Shown: one piece after another, positions 47,417-56,559 of the stretch
Position numbering within the stretch: the first letter of the stretch is position 1
Layout of the letters: each line of letters starts with the position of its first letter
From: an uncultured Candidatus Saccharibacteria bacterium
Lineage (GTDB): Bacteria > Patescibacteriota > Minisyncoccia > Phycocordibacterales > UBA5272
Direction: 5' to 3'
Assembly: GCA_964517625.1 (NCBI GenBank)
Contig: CAZFBW010000001.1
Location: 40,319-104,318 of the forward strand
Length of the DNA: 64,000 bases
Made by a program: the position numbers and the translations under genes
The notes under the pieces: generated by a model
Databases searched by the model: none
What the model saw: only the letters and a program-made list of their open reading frames with translations
Told to the model about the DNA's origin: nothing

Positions 47417-48844
47417 TTATTTGAGAGCCTCTTTTAAGAGTTCTTGGAAGAGTTGCGGGTTGCCTGCACCTTTGGACTTTTTCATACACTGCCCAACGAA
47501 GTACATAAACATTGATTCTTTTCCGCTCTTGTAATCGGCAACCTGTTTTGCGCTTTCTGCGAGGACTTCTGCAACAATTGCTTTGAGTGCCTCGGGATCA
47601 TTCTTTTGGATGAGACCTTTTTCTTCGGCGAGCGTTTTCGGGTCAGCATTTTTATCCGCAAGAATTAGTGGAAGCAAATCCTTTGCACCACGCGAAGAAA
47701 GTTCATTTGCGGAAATCATAACAAGAAGCGTGGAGAATGATTTGTGTGAAGGGAAGTTTTCTGGGGTGAGGGTTTTACCTTCTTTTTTAAGGAGTCCAAA
47801 GATGTCCACAACAAGGTAGTTAGCAACCAAATTTGCATATGCGCTATCTTTTCCAGATACAAGCGTATCAAAATATTCCGCAGTGCCTCTATCATTTACA
47901 ATAATTTCAACAATATCTGATTTAAGTGCATAATCTGCAACAAGACGCTTTGCACGTTCAAATGCAAGTTCGGGAATCTCTTTTTTCATTGCTTCCAAGT
48001 CAAACACTTCATGAAGATACATCTTTGGAAGGTCGGGGTCAGGGAAGTAGCGATAGTCGTGCGCATTTTCTTTTTTACGCTGACTAAATGTTTCTTGTTT
48101 AACTTCATCCCACCCGCGGGTTTCTTGTACAACCTTTCCACCTTCTTCAATGAGTGCAATGTGGCGCTCCACCTCAAAACGAATTGCATCCTCAACTGAC
48201 TTGAATGAGTTTAAGTTTTTTACTTCACACTTAGTGCCAAACGTTTTGTCTTTTGAAACAGAGATGTTTGCTTCTACGCGCATTTGTCCCATTTCCATGT
48301 TTGCTTCACTCGCGCCAACATAGCGCAAGATTCGTTGGAGTTCGCGTGCAAACGCACCCGCTTCTTCAGCTGAGTGAATCACTGGTTCCGTCACAAGTTC
48401 CATAAGTGGAACACCCGCACGATTGTAGTTAACAAGCGTATAGCCTTCGTTATCATGAGACGAACTTGCCGTATCCTCTTCCAAGTGTACGCGTGTGATT
48501 TCAACACCGTTAATTGCTCCACCTGAAACAATAGGGTAGAGGTACTGAGAGATTTGATAGCCTTTTGGAATGTCGGGGTAGAAATAATTTTTTCGGTCAA
48601 ATTCAGTAAAATCAGCAATGTTTGAGCCGAGTGCAAGACCCACTTGGATTACTTTTCGTACCGCCTCTTTGTTTGGGACAGGAAGCGTTCCAGGGTGAGC
48701 CATACACACTTCGCAGACGTTTGCATTTGGTTTTTCCTCGTAGGGGTCGTTTTTGCAACCGCACCACATTTTCGATTTGGTGTTTAATTCGGCGTGAATT
48801 TCAAGGCCGATTGTTGTTGAGTATCCGGAAGACATGTAGAGCAT
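47417..48844 (-). CDS. gatB: Asp/Glu-tRNA amidotransferase subunit B
   Basis: GLEIHAELNTKSKMWCGC… GatB N-terminal signature and a C-terminal GatB/YqeY domain. Confidence 0.9.
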   Translation of the reverse strand: MLYMSSGYSTTIGLEIHAELNTKSKMWCGCKNDPYEEKPNANVCEVCMAHPGTLPVPNKEAVRKVIQVGLALGSNIADFTEFDRKNYFYPDIPKGYQISQYLYPIVSGGAINGVEITRVHLEEDTASSSHDNEGYTLVNYNRAGVPLMELVTEPVIHSAEEAGAFARELQRILRYVGASEANMEMGQMRVEANISVSKDKTFGTKCEVKNLNSFKSVEDAIRFEVERHIALIEEGGKVVQETRGWDEVKQETFSQRKKENAHDYRYFPDPDLPKMYLHEVFDLEAMKKEIPELAFERAKRLVADYALKSDIVEIIVNDRGTAEYFDTLVSGKDSAYANLVANYLVVDIFGLLKKEGKTLTPENFPSHKSFSTLLVMISANELSSRGAKDLLPLILADKNADPKTLAEEKGLIQKNDPEALKAIVAEVLAESAKQVADYKSGKESMFMYFVGQCMKKSKGAGNPQLFQELLKEALK

Positions 48845-48960
48845 TATAGCAAAAAAAGAGGATTATTAAAGAAAAATGAATAGAATAGAATCATTGACCC
48901 TTGTATTATTTTGTGGTATAATTTTTTTGAAAGTTTTTTCAATTCTTATGTGGAGGAATA

Positions 48961-49671
48961 ATGAACCACAGCGTACATGAAGGAAAACCGGCTCTACAGG
49001 CCAAACATTGGCGGGGGGAATATTTTGGCTCGAATGGCGCCATTGAAGATTCGTTGCGTGCATACAATCGCGCAAACATGGACTACATCAGGTGTTACGA
49101 TGATGAGCACAAGAAGGAATATCTAAAGGCTCTCATGGGATACTTGAGCACACTCTATTCTGCACTCCATCATTCCATTTGTCAGGTTATGAAATTTAAG
49201 CTGACCTATGTGCAATATGTTTTTGAAATTATCGATGAACTTAACGATAATCTAATGTTTGCGCTGGAACATCGTGAAGCACTGGATGCGGGACAAAAAG
49301 AAGTTCTCATGGCTGTGCTCTTGTCTATGAGATTCGTACCTCCTTTCCCTGAAGGATATCGTAAACTTGCTATTGAACTCGGTAAGGAAATTGTCACTGG
49401 GTATGTGTCTGGTCGGATGTCTGGTCGTGGCGAGGTTTTTATAAGTACATATTTGCTCGCGTGTGCTCGACTGTCTCGAGTCCTCAAAGGTCATGAAGCC
49501 CGGGCATATCGCGACAATGTTCTTACCTATATCAATATAAGGAATATTCAACGCAAGCTTGGTTGGAAAACTATCAACCGTTTGGCGCGCATGGTTGGTG
49601 ACAAGAAACTTGTTCACGAGTCGGCCATCCTTGATGGCTCGCCCGACATTAAACTGAAATCGGGGATGTAA
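48961..49671 (+). CDS. Hypothetical protein (236 aa)
   Basis: ORF with a terminator at 49690..49735. Confidence 0.4.
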   Translation: MNHSVHEGKPALQAKHWRGEYFGSNGAIEDSLRAYNRANMDYIRCYDDEHKKEYLKALMGYLSTLYSALHHSICQVMKFKLTYVQYVFEIIDELNDNLMFALEHREALDAGQKEVLMAVLLSMRFVPPFPEGYRKLAIELGKEIVTGYVSGRMSGRGEVFISTYLLACARLSRVLKGHEARAYRDNVLTYINIRNIQRKLGWKTINRLARMVGDKKLVHESAILDGSPDIKLKSGM

Positions 49672-49722
49672 GTGTCCCCAAAGAAAGATAAACGGCATTC
49701 GCGCTTCGCGCGAATGCCGTTT

Positions 49723-50583
49723 TTAGTTTTTTATTTCCACAATTTCTGCTTCTGGAAAATATTTTTTATTCCATGTCTTTTGTCGTTTTGCATAATGATA
49801 AATTTTATATATAAGACTTTGCTTTGCTTCATCTAAACTGCAGTCATCACGGAAATATTTTCCAAATTCCACATACTCAATACCACAACGCGCAAGTTCT
49901 AACGTTGAGAGGTTCATTGCAAGTACTTTTCCAACCTCCTCAAGCATTCCGTCACCCAATCTTTTTTCTACACGCTTGATGATGCGCTCTTTAATAATTT
50001 CATTGCTAGGGTTTAAATTGTAGATATGAAAAGAAAAACGTGGAATAGGGGTCTCTAGTTTTGGTACCTCGCTTAATTCGGAGAGAATTTCAAGGGCGCG
50101 AATGAGACGAACTTTATTGTATTTGTCAATTGATTGCGCGCGAGCGGGGTCTTTTATTTCGAGCATTGTAAAAAGCTCACTTGTTGATTTTTGTTCTAAG
50201 TTGTTGCGCAGATTTTCATTTGCAAGTACTTTTGGAAACGATTGTTTGTATAAAACAGCATAGACGTATTGCCCAGTACCACCACAGAGAATCGGTGTTT
50301 TGCCACGCGCAATAATATCTGAAATGATGGGGAGTACCATTTCCACATATTCCACAACCGAAAACGGTTCTCCAGGGTTTTTAATATTGAGCATGTGGTG
50401 GGGGACACCCTTCATTTCTTCGTGGGTTATTTTTCCAGTACCGATATCAAGCCCACGATAAATTTGTCGCGAGTCCGCAGAAAGGATTTCGCCGTTTTCG
50501 CGTAACGCAAGTTCCACCGCAAAATCACTTTTTCCAGATGCTGTGGGACCGACGACGGCGATAAGGTGAGGGAGTTGTTCCAT
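49723..50583 (-). CDS. miaA: tRNA dimethylallyltransferase
   Basis: P-loop GPTASGKS and DSRQIYRGLDIGTGK. Confidence 0.85.
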   Translation of the reverse strand: MEQLPHLIAVVGPTASGKSDFAVELALRENGEILSADSRQIYRGLDIGTGKITHEEMKGVPHHMLNIKNPGEPFSVVEYVEMVLPIISDIIARGKTPILCGGTGQYVYAVLYKQSFPKVLANENLRNNLEQKSTSELFTMLEIKDPARAQSIDKYNKVRLIRALEILSELSEVPKLETPIPRFSFHIYNLNPSNEIIKERIIKRVEKRLGDGMLEEVGKVLAMNLSTLELARCGIEYVEFGKYFRDDCSLDEAKQSLIYKIYHYAKRQKTWNKKYFPEAEIVEIKN

Positions 50584-50612
50584 ATTTGTTATACTACTAT
50601 ATACTATTTTTT

Positions 50613-50843
50613 ATGCTAATTCTTTATACAAAAGATAATTGTTCATACTGTGAGAAGGTAAAACGAGCCTTTGCTGAACACCACATTACATACGAAGAGA
50701 GAAATATTGGTGATGCAAAACATTTGGAAGAGGCAAGAGAAAAAGGCGCCCGCACCATGCCTTTTTTGGTAGATACTTCAGCCAACGTTGCAATGGGGGA
50801 GTCTGATGAAATTATCGCGTATGCGCTTGAGGGGAGTTTCTAA
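50613..50843 (+). CDS. Glutaredoxin/NrdH-like redoxin (CSYC)
   Basis: …LYTKDNCSYCEKVKRAF…MPFLV…. Confidence 0.6.
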   Translation: MLILYTKDNCSYCEKVKRAFAEHHITYEERNIGDAKHLEEAREKGARTMPFLVDTSANVAMGESDEIIAYALEGSF

Positions 50844-50919
50844 ATTTATTTTTAAAAAACGCAAATGAAAAAGCGCCTCCCTTTGTAGGGGTTGGCGCTT
50901 CGCACGGGGCGTGCGTTGG

Positions 50920-51312
50920 TTAGGTTGTTTGCTTCACGTTTGGTGAAGTTGTTGGTTTGAAGAGTTCGGGACGACTTACAAGCAGATACGAGAGGAGTCT
51001 CTCTCCCTCTTCTGTGATGAAGAGTAGTCTCTTGCTTACTCCGCGCATGACGTATTTGGAACGGACGAGGTTTTCGATGGCTTCGTCGAACTTACCGCTT
51101 AAGCGAGGACGAAGTCCGGAATAGCTTTTGCCGAAACGTTTCGCAATGTGAGCGATGAGGTCATCCAGTCGGACAAGTGCTCGATCTCCTTTCTCATCAT
51201 GAAGATCTTTAAGGCCGGAGAGGATGCGTGCTTCTCGATGACACATGACATCGACAGGGGCACGCACGACCAGTTTCGGGGTGAGTACTTCACATGTTAC
51301 GGTTTGGGCCAT
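50920..51312 (-). CDS. Hypothetical protein in a moderately GC-enriched segment
   Basis: A Shine-Dalgarno site (gaaagg) precedes the internal ATG at 51312; the longer ORF would start at a TTG. Confidence 0.4.
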   Translation of the reverse strand: MAQTVTCEVLTPKLVVRAPVDVMCHREARILSGLKDLHDEKGDRALVRLDDLIAHIAKRFGKSYSGLRPRLSGKFDEAIENLVRSKYVMRGVSKRLLFITEEGERLLSYLLVSRPELFKPTTSPNVKQTT

Positions 51313-51709
51313 CAGATTACCTTTCACGGTTGCTGTGTTAGACCAAAATTTCTTGACCGTTTTCAAGGATAAATGGAATCATTGGAAAATCGGCGCATGT
51401 GCGAGGTGGTTTTTCTTCTGGTGTTTCTTCGGGTGGAGGAGACGGTAGATTTTCTCTGGTGTCCATGGTCAAATCCCTTTTAGTTGAAAGAGCAACACAA
51501 TACACCTTACCACGTGAAAAGTTACTCGTAAAGATGGTGTTTTTATGATAGTATTGTTATTTATAAGCAATGCCGGAGTGGCTCAAGTAGCTTGGCTACG
51601 CAGACGTCTGTAGCTAGCAAGCGAAAGACGCTGAATGGTTTCCATTCCGAGCATGTGTAATGTGTTTATTATATTTTTTGTAGAAAGATATAAACAATAA
51701 GAGAATTAT

Positions 51710-51790
51710 GCCGGAGTGGCGGAATGGTAGACGCGCGCGACTCAAAATCGCGTATCGCAAGGTGTGGAGGTTCAAGTCCTCTCTCCGGCA
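51710..51790 (+). tRNA. tRNA-Leu (anticodon CAA)
   Basis: Type-II tRNA. Acceptor GCCGGAG/CUCCGGC, anticodon stem CGCGA/UCGCG with loop CUCAAAA, T-arm GGAGG-TTCAAGT-CCTCT. Terminator at 51801..51835. Confidence 0.85.
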
Positions 51791-51851
51791 CTATAAATAT
51801 AAAATGACCACATACACGAAGTGTGGTTATTTTATATTTACTGTACCTGGT

Positions 51852-51955
51852 GGAGAGAGGACTTGAACCGAAGGCGACATATTTTCTTAGACTGTAATCA
51901 GTCTGTTGAAAATACAAGTCTCGACTGAAAGGAGAAACAAGTCCTCTCTCCGGCA
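51852..51955 (+). repeat. Composite tRNA-associated element (Leu copy): inverted 18-nt copy of the tRNA-Leu 3' end, a conserved about 55-bp core with a hairpin, then a direct 18-nt copy of the tRNA 3' end
   Basis: 51852..51869 is the reverse complement of GGTTCAAGTCCTCTCTCC. The core gaaccgaaggcgacatattttcttagactgtaatcagtctgttgaaaatacaagtctcga is shared with 63107..63166. 51938..51955 (caagtcctctctccggca) is identical to the tRNA 3' end. Confidence 0.8.
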
Positions 51956-51981
51956 TAGCAATTGCGCTATACTTACTCCAT

Positions 51982-52584
51982 ATGACCTTCATTTCAAAAT
52001 ATCTTCCCCACCTTTTACTTGCTGTCTATGCAATCGAGTTTGGGATATTAAGTATCAATCCATACGCGCGCGATGTGTGGTTTGTAGAGAATCTCACGGT
52101 TCTTGTGATTGTTGTTTTACTTGTGATTTTGTATGCAAAAGGAATTCGTTTTTCAAATACAGCGTATGTGCTCATGTTTATTTTGCCATTTCTACACACC
52201 ATAGGGGGACACTATACGTTTGAGAAAGTTCCATTTGATTGGTTCAATGATATGTTTGGATTTGAAAGAAATATGTATGATCGAGTTGCACACGCAACCG
52301 TGGGGCTCTATGCTTTCCCACTTGCTGAATACTTGCTTTCTAAGAAAAAAGTAGCGAGCGCTTTTTGGGCAACATTTACCTCACTTTGTTTTATTGTAAC
52401 CGTTGCGGCGGTGTATGAATTATTTGAATGGCAATATGCGGTGAACGCTGACCCAACTGCTGGTATTGCCGTGCTTGGTGCACAAGGGGACATTTGGGAT
52501 GCACAGAAAGACATGCTCATGGATACACTGGGTGCTGTAACCGCACTTGTCATATTTAATGTGCGGAGACTTTTTTCGAAGTAG
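51982..52584 (+). CDS. Membrane protein (YjdF/DUF2238-like, 5-6 TM helices)
   Basis: 200 aa with GGHYTFEKVPFDW… pattern. Confidence 0.5.
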   Translation: MTFISKYLPHLLLAVYAIEFGILSINPYARDVWFVENLTVLVIVVLLVILYAKGIRFSNTAYVLMFILPFLHTIGGHYTFEKVPFDWFNDMFGFERNMYDRVAHATVGLYAFPLAEYLLSKKKVASAFWATFTSLCFIVTVAAVYELFEWQYAVNADPTAGIAVLGAQGDIWDAQKDMLMDTLGAVTALVIFNVRRLFSK

Positions 52585-52708
52585 ATTTTATATTTAGTAA
52601 AAGAAAAACGGCTTAGCGCTTTGAAAGCCGCTAAGCCGTTGTTGTTTCGGGTCGCGTTGCACGACTCGAATGTTGTTTGGGTTTGCGTTGCGCAAACCCG
52701 TAGAGCCC

Positions 52709-54376
52709 TTAGAACGCCTCGAGCTCCTTCGTGCGGAGGACCTCTTCGATCCTGTCGGCGAACACTTGGTTGATGACCGTGTTGCCGTCCGTTTCGTCGA
52801 GGTAGGCGACATACGCGCCACCGTTCATGCCTTGCGCACGCAGGGTCACGACCGCCTGACGGTCGGGAACCAGCGCGATTTCCTGGACGCCGTGCACGTC
52901 GTTGACGTACACCATCTTCTTGGCCAGGACCTTGGCCTTGCCCTCGAACGTGGGGCGTTCGAAGGTGACCTTCTCGCCGTCGACGAGGTACTTGTGACCG
53001 CTGGCCGAACGGCGCACCACCTTGTGGGCGGGGCTACCACCCTTGTTCCGGATCACCACGTGGATGCCCGGATTGAACAGCTTGGCCACGTGGTCGTTGT
53101 CGACCTCCAGCACCTCGAGACCTTCCCCGCGCTCGTTGTAGACGACCACCGGGTTTTCTTCGATGCTGGCCATCAGCTTGGCCTGGCGTTCGCCCGCCTC
53201 ACGCGCCTTGCGTTCGGCTTCATCAGCCTTGCGCTTGGCGCTCATCTTGCTCTGGGCCGCGTTCAGCTTGGCCCTGATCACGTCCTCCTCCGCGGTGAAG
53301 CGGGGGTTGGCGCTGAGCAACTTGGCGACCTTCTGCTTGAAGATCACCGCCTGCACGGCGTTCATGCCACCGTGCAGGATGAGGATGTCGTCGTTGCCGA
53401 CGACCTCCACTTTCTCCGTCTCGCTCTTGAGCGAGACGGTGGTGAACAGCATCTGGTCCTTCCCGGACCTGCCCTTCGTGCCGATGACGATGAAACCGTC
53501 GTCGGCCGTCTGGATCAGGTTGTAGAAGAACTCGAGCGACTTGTCCTGCTGGTGGATGTCCCAGAGGCAGCGGTTGCCGCCGTCGGGCATGTGCAGGTAG
53601 GCGTTCGTGGGCACGTAGCCCCAGTCCTTCCCGCCGTACTTGGCGGAGCGGAACAGGGTAATGACCACCTTGCCAGCCTTGACCTCGAAGGAGATCTGGC
53701 CGGTCTTGCCCTTGTCGGTCGTCGCCTCGTTCTCGAGGACGAATTCCGTGACCACGCTCGCCGACTTGGCGGGCGCGGTGTTGGAGTTCGTCTTGGCGCT
53801 GACGCGCTCGTCCTTCTCGATGTCGATCAGGGTGTTCTGCACCACGACTTCACCGCCGAAGTACTCGCGCAGGTAGCCGATGATGGCGTCCTGGGCTTTC
53901 TTCACCTGCGGGTTGGGGGCGGTCGACTGGAAGCCGGGCTTCGAGAGCCAGGCAGCCTTCACGAACGTCTCCTTCCGGAGACCCATCAGGGGGTGGTCCT
54001 CGAAGGTGTACCCTTCGTGGGTGTACCCTTCGTGGGCGTGCAGGTAGACCACCGTGAGCTCGCGCTTCGTGCCGTCCTTGTTGGGACGGTACTCCAGGTC
54101 GAGGTGCACGGAGGGCTTGTCGCCGCCCGGGAACGTGTACGGTCCGGGCAGGCCAGCGATGAAGGACTCCTTGTCGGAGCTCTTCCCCGCGTTCTGCTCG
54201 ATGTACCAGGCCGGACCGGCCGCACTGCGAGCCTTGTCCTTCTGGGCCTTGACGGCCCTCTTGTTGTCCGCGACGGCCTTGGCGGCGGTTTGCCGCTCCG
54301 CGATCGTCTTGGGCGAACCCTTGCCGTTGCCACCCTTGTTGCTGTTGCCTTTGTTGCCGGATTTGGCCTGGGCCAT
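52709..54376 (-). CDS. Hypothetical 556-aa protein on a GC-rich island (about 64% GC), with a Gly/Lys-rich N-terminus and a HEGYTHEGYT repeat
   Basis: Normal amino-acid composition on the minus strand only; the plus-strand 575-aa ORF is the usual L/V/G/R-rich antisense artefact. A Shine-Dalgarno site (AAGGAGAA) lies 7 nt before the ATG at 54376. A TTGACA -35 is at 54518..54523 on the minus strand. Confidence 0.65.
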   Translation of the reverse strand: MAQAKSGNKGNSNKGGNGKGSPKTIAERQTAAKAVADNKRAVKAQKDKARSAAGPAWYIEQNAGKSSDKESFIAGLPGPYTFPGGDKPSVHLDLEYRPNKDGTKRELTVVYLHAHEGYTHEGYTFEDHPLMGLRKETFVKAAWLSKPGFQSTAPNPQVKKAQDAIIGYLREYFGGEVVVQNTLIDIEKDERVSAKTNSNTAPAKSASVVTEFVLENEATTDKGKTGQISFEVKAGKVVITLFRSAKYGGKDWGYVPTNAYLHMPDGGNRCLWDIHQQDKSLEFFYNLIQTADDGFIVIGTKGRSGKDQMLFTTVSLKSETEKVEVVGNDDILILHGGMNAVQAVIFKQKVAKLLSANPRFTAEEDVIRAKLNAAQSKMSAKRKADEAERKAREAGERQAKLMASIEENPVVVYNERGEGLEVLEVDNDHVAKLFNPGIHVVIRNKGGSPAHKVVRRSASGHKYLVDGEKVTFERPTFEGKAKVLAKKMVYVNDVHGVQEIALVPDRQAVVTLRAQGMNGGAYVAYLDETDGNTVINQVFADRIEEVLRTKELEAF

Positions 54377-54566
54377 GTGATTCTCCTTGTGTCGTAAGTA
54401 GCGGGGGCCGAAATTGGCCTCCCGCATGGTGCTATGGGTTGCTTGCGGTGTTCAAAGTACTGCTACTACAAGGGCCTGGCAAGAACCGTAGTTCTCCCAA
54501 GCCTCGTACTTCTACCCTATATTATTGCATATTTTAACACTTTTGTCAATACCACACACACACTCC

Positions 54567-54932
54567 TTATTTTAAGCCTTTTTCTTGCTTTTTTGATTCA
54601 CGAAGGAGGGAATCTATATGTTGACGGTTCTTTTCTCCGTAATCAATTTCAACCTCAAGAAAAGGAATCACTTTTACAGGAAGTCTTTTCATGATGGTGT
54701 GGCGAAGATCGGTTCGCATGCGTTTTGCAAAATCAAGCGCGGCATCTTCTTTGTCTTCTGGAAGTATGGTTATGAAAATAGTTCCTTGGCGCATATCAGG
54801 AGAAACTTCAGCACGCGTGACGGTGATAAGTGAAGCGCCGGAAGATTCACGTTGAAAAAAATCTTGAGCAATGGAGCGAATCTCAAGTCCGATTTGTATT
54901 TGTCGTTGTGATTGTGGTTTGTTGGCGTCCAT
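54567..54932 (-). CDS. rbfA: Ribosome-binding factor A
   Basis: RbfA KH-like fold (…ITVTRAEVSPDMRQGTIFI…), located downstream of infB. Confidence 0.75.
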   Translation of the reverse strand: MDANKPQSQRQIQIGLEIRSIAQDFFQRESSGASLITVTRAEVSPDMRQGTIFITILPEDKEDAALDFAKRMRTDLRHTIMKRLPVKVIPFLEVEIDYGEKNRQHIDSLLRESKKQEKGLK

Positions 54933-54984
54933 GGTTGGGGAGGTTATTAGTAATTCGTAATTAGTTATTAGTTAAATACAAATA

Positions 54985-56496
54985 CTAGATGCGGAGTTTT
55001 TCAACAACAACTGCTTCGAGGATGTCGCTTGGAATCATTTCAATCTTTGTTTCAACCATGAGACCACACTCGTTGCCTTCCATGACAGTCTGCGTTTTAA
55101 TTTTTTGTGATTGAAGTTCTACAATGCGTCCACGACCAAGTTCTGTTCCACGACGAACAATTTTTACCACACTTTGCAATTCAATTTTTCCAGTTTCAAC
55201 GCGACCACCGATAACATGCTTGTCTTTTTGTGAAGAAAAAATCTTGAGCACCTTAAGTGTACCGGTAATAGTTTCTTTTTCTTCGTACGGAAGGCGAGAC
55301 TCGACAAGGGTATCGAACCACTCAGAGAGTTTATAGATAATATCAAACAGTTGTGGTTCAATTCTGAAGCGCTCCATTTGTTCACGAGCTTTGCCTTCAA
55401 GTTTTACACCAAAGCCAAGCACGATTGCTTTTTCATCAGACCCCGCAAGCATGATGTCGCCTTCACCGATTGCGCCAACACCTTCACCGATAATTTTTAC
55501 CTTAATGTCGTCAGTCTCTTTCTTTTTAAGTTCACGTTTCACTGCATCAAGCGTCCCAAGTGAGTCGGCTTTAACAATAATTGGAATGACAACTTTTGCG
55601 TTGCGATAAACACGAGGGTCAACTGCTGTGCTTATTGCGCCAGCCTTGGCTTCTTCTTGAAGTTTTTCAATCATCTTTTTATCAGATGATGAAACAAAGG
55701 TACTTCCAGTTTCTGGTACGCCATCAAATCCGGTTACTTTGACTGGTTGTCCTGCACGAGGGTTCTTTATTGGCTTTCCAACGAAGTCTTCAATGATGCG
55801 AATTGGAGAGTATGCAGTGCCGGCCAAAATTGCACCCGATGAAGGGAGTGTTCCGTCTTTCAAGATAAGTGTTGCGGAGATACCGCGTTTTGCGTCAACA
55901 AAACTTTCAAGAATGTATCCCGTTGCATCGGTTGCTAAGTTTGTTTTAAGGTCGGCCATATCAGAGACAAGTAAGATCGTCTCAAGGAGAGAGTCAACAC
56001 CGGTACCTTTCTTTGCAGAAATTTCTACACAAGGGATGTCGCCACCGTAGCCTTCAATGTAGATTCCATTTTCAACGAGTGAATTTTTTGTTTTTTGAAT
56101 ATCAGCTCCCGGTTTGTCGATTTTGTTGATGGCAACGACGTAGGGGAGTTTGCGCGCATCGATCGTCTTCCATGCTTCAAGGGTTTGCGCTTTCACGCCG
56201 TCTTCTGCAGAGACAACGAGAATGGCAACATCGGCAATTTCAACACCGCGTTCGCGCATTGATTGAAATGCTTCGTGGCCGGGTGTGTCTAAAAAGGTGA
56301 TGGCCTTAACCTCACCGCTTGCAAGCTTGTGTTTAACTTCATATGCAGAGATACGCTGGGTAATACCACCAGCTTCACCTTCAACAACGTTTGATTTGCG
56401 GATGAAATCAAGCAGAGATGATTTGCCGTGGTCAACATGCCCCAAAACGGCGATGATCGGTTGGCGCGTAGAAAGAGATTGAGATTGTTGCTTAGG
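54985..56496 (-). CDS. infB: Translation initiation factor IF-2 (short form, no N-terminal extension)
   Basis: G-domain GHVDHGKSSLLD, DTPGHEAF, NKID; C-terminal beta-barrels. Confidence 0.9.
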   Translation of the reverse strand, partial: PKQQSQSLSTRQPIIAVLGHVDHGKSSLLDFIRKSNVVEGEAGGITQRISAYEVKHKLASGEVKAITFLDTPGHEAFQSMRERGVEIADVAILVVSAEDGVKAQTLEAWKTIDARKLPYVVAINKIDKPGADIQKTKNSLVENGIYIEGYGGDIPCVEISAKKGTGVDSLLETILLVSDMADLKTNLATDATGYILESFVDAKRGISATLILKDGTLPSSGAILAGTAYSPIRIIEDFVGKPIKNPRAGQPVKVTGFDGVPETGSTFVSSSDKKMIEKLQEEAKAGAISTAVDPRVYRNAKVVIPIIVKADSLGTLDAVKRELKKKETDDIKVKIIGEGVGAIGEGDIMLAGSDEKAIVLGFGVKLEGKAREQMERFRIEPQLFDIIYKLSEWFDTLVESRLPYEEKETITGTLKVLKIFSSQKDKHVIGGRVETGKIELQSVVKIVRRGTELGRGRIVELQSQKIKTQTVMEGNECGLMVETKIEMIPSDILEAVVVEKLRI

Positions 56497-56559
56497 CATA
56501 AAAATACCAATCAATAATACCACAAAAACAAGAACATCGCTAGGGTCTTATTTTTAAAA

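Noticed and set aside
51669-51992. Minus-strand ORFs 51669..51992 and 63088..63339, which share the peptide RDLYFxQxDYxLRKYVAFGSxP
   Set aside because: The similarity comes from the conserved DNA element. The substitutions are non-synonymous but keep RNA pairing intact, the ORFs run through tRNA-derived repeats and terminators, and there are no start signals. I interpret this as RNA or DNA conservation, not a protein.
52670-54397. 575-aa plus-strand ORF across the GC-rich island
   Set aside because: It has the L/V/G/R/D-rich composition typical of the antisense frame of GC-rich coding DNA, no Shine-Dalgarno site and no promoter. The minus-strand ORF has normal composition plus a Shine-Dalgarno site.
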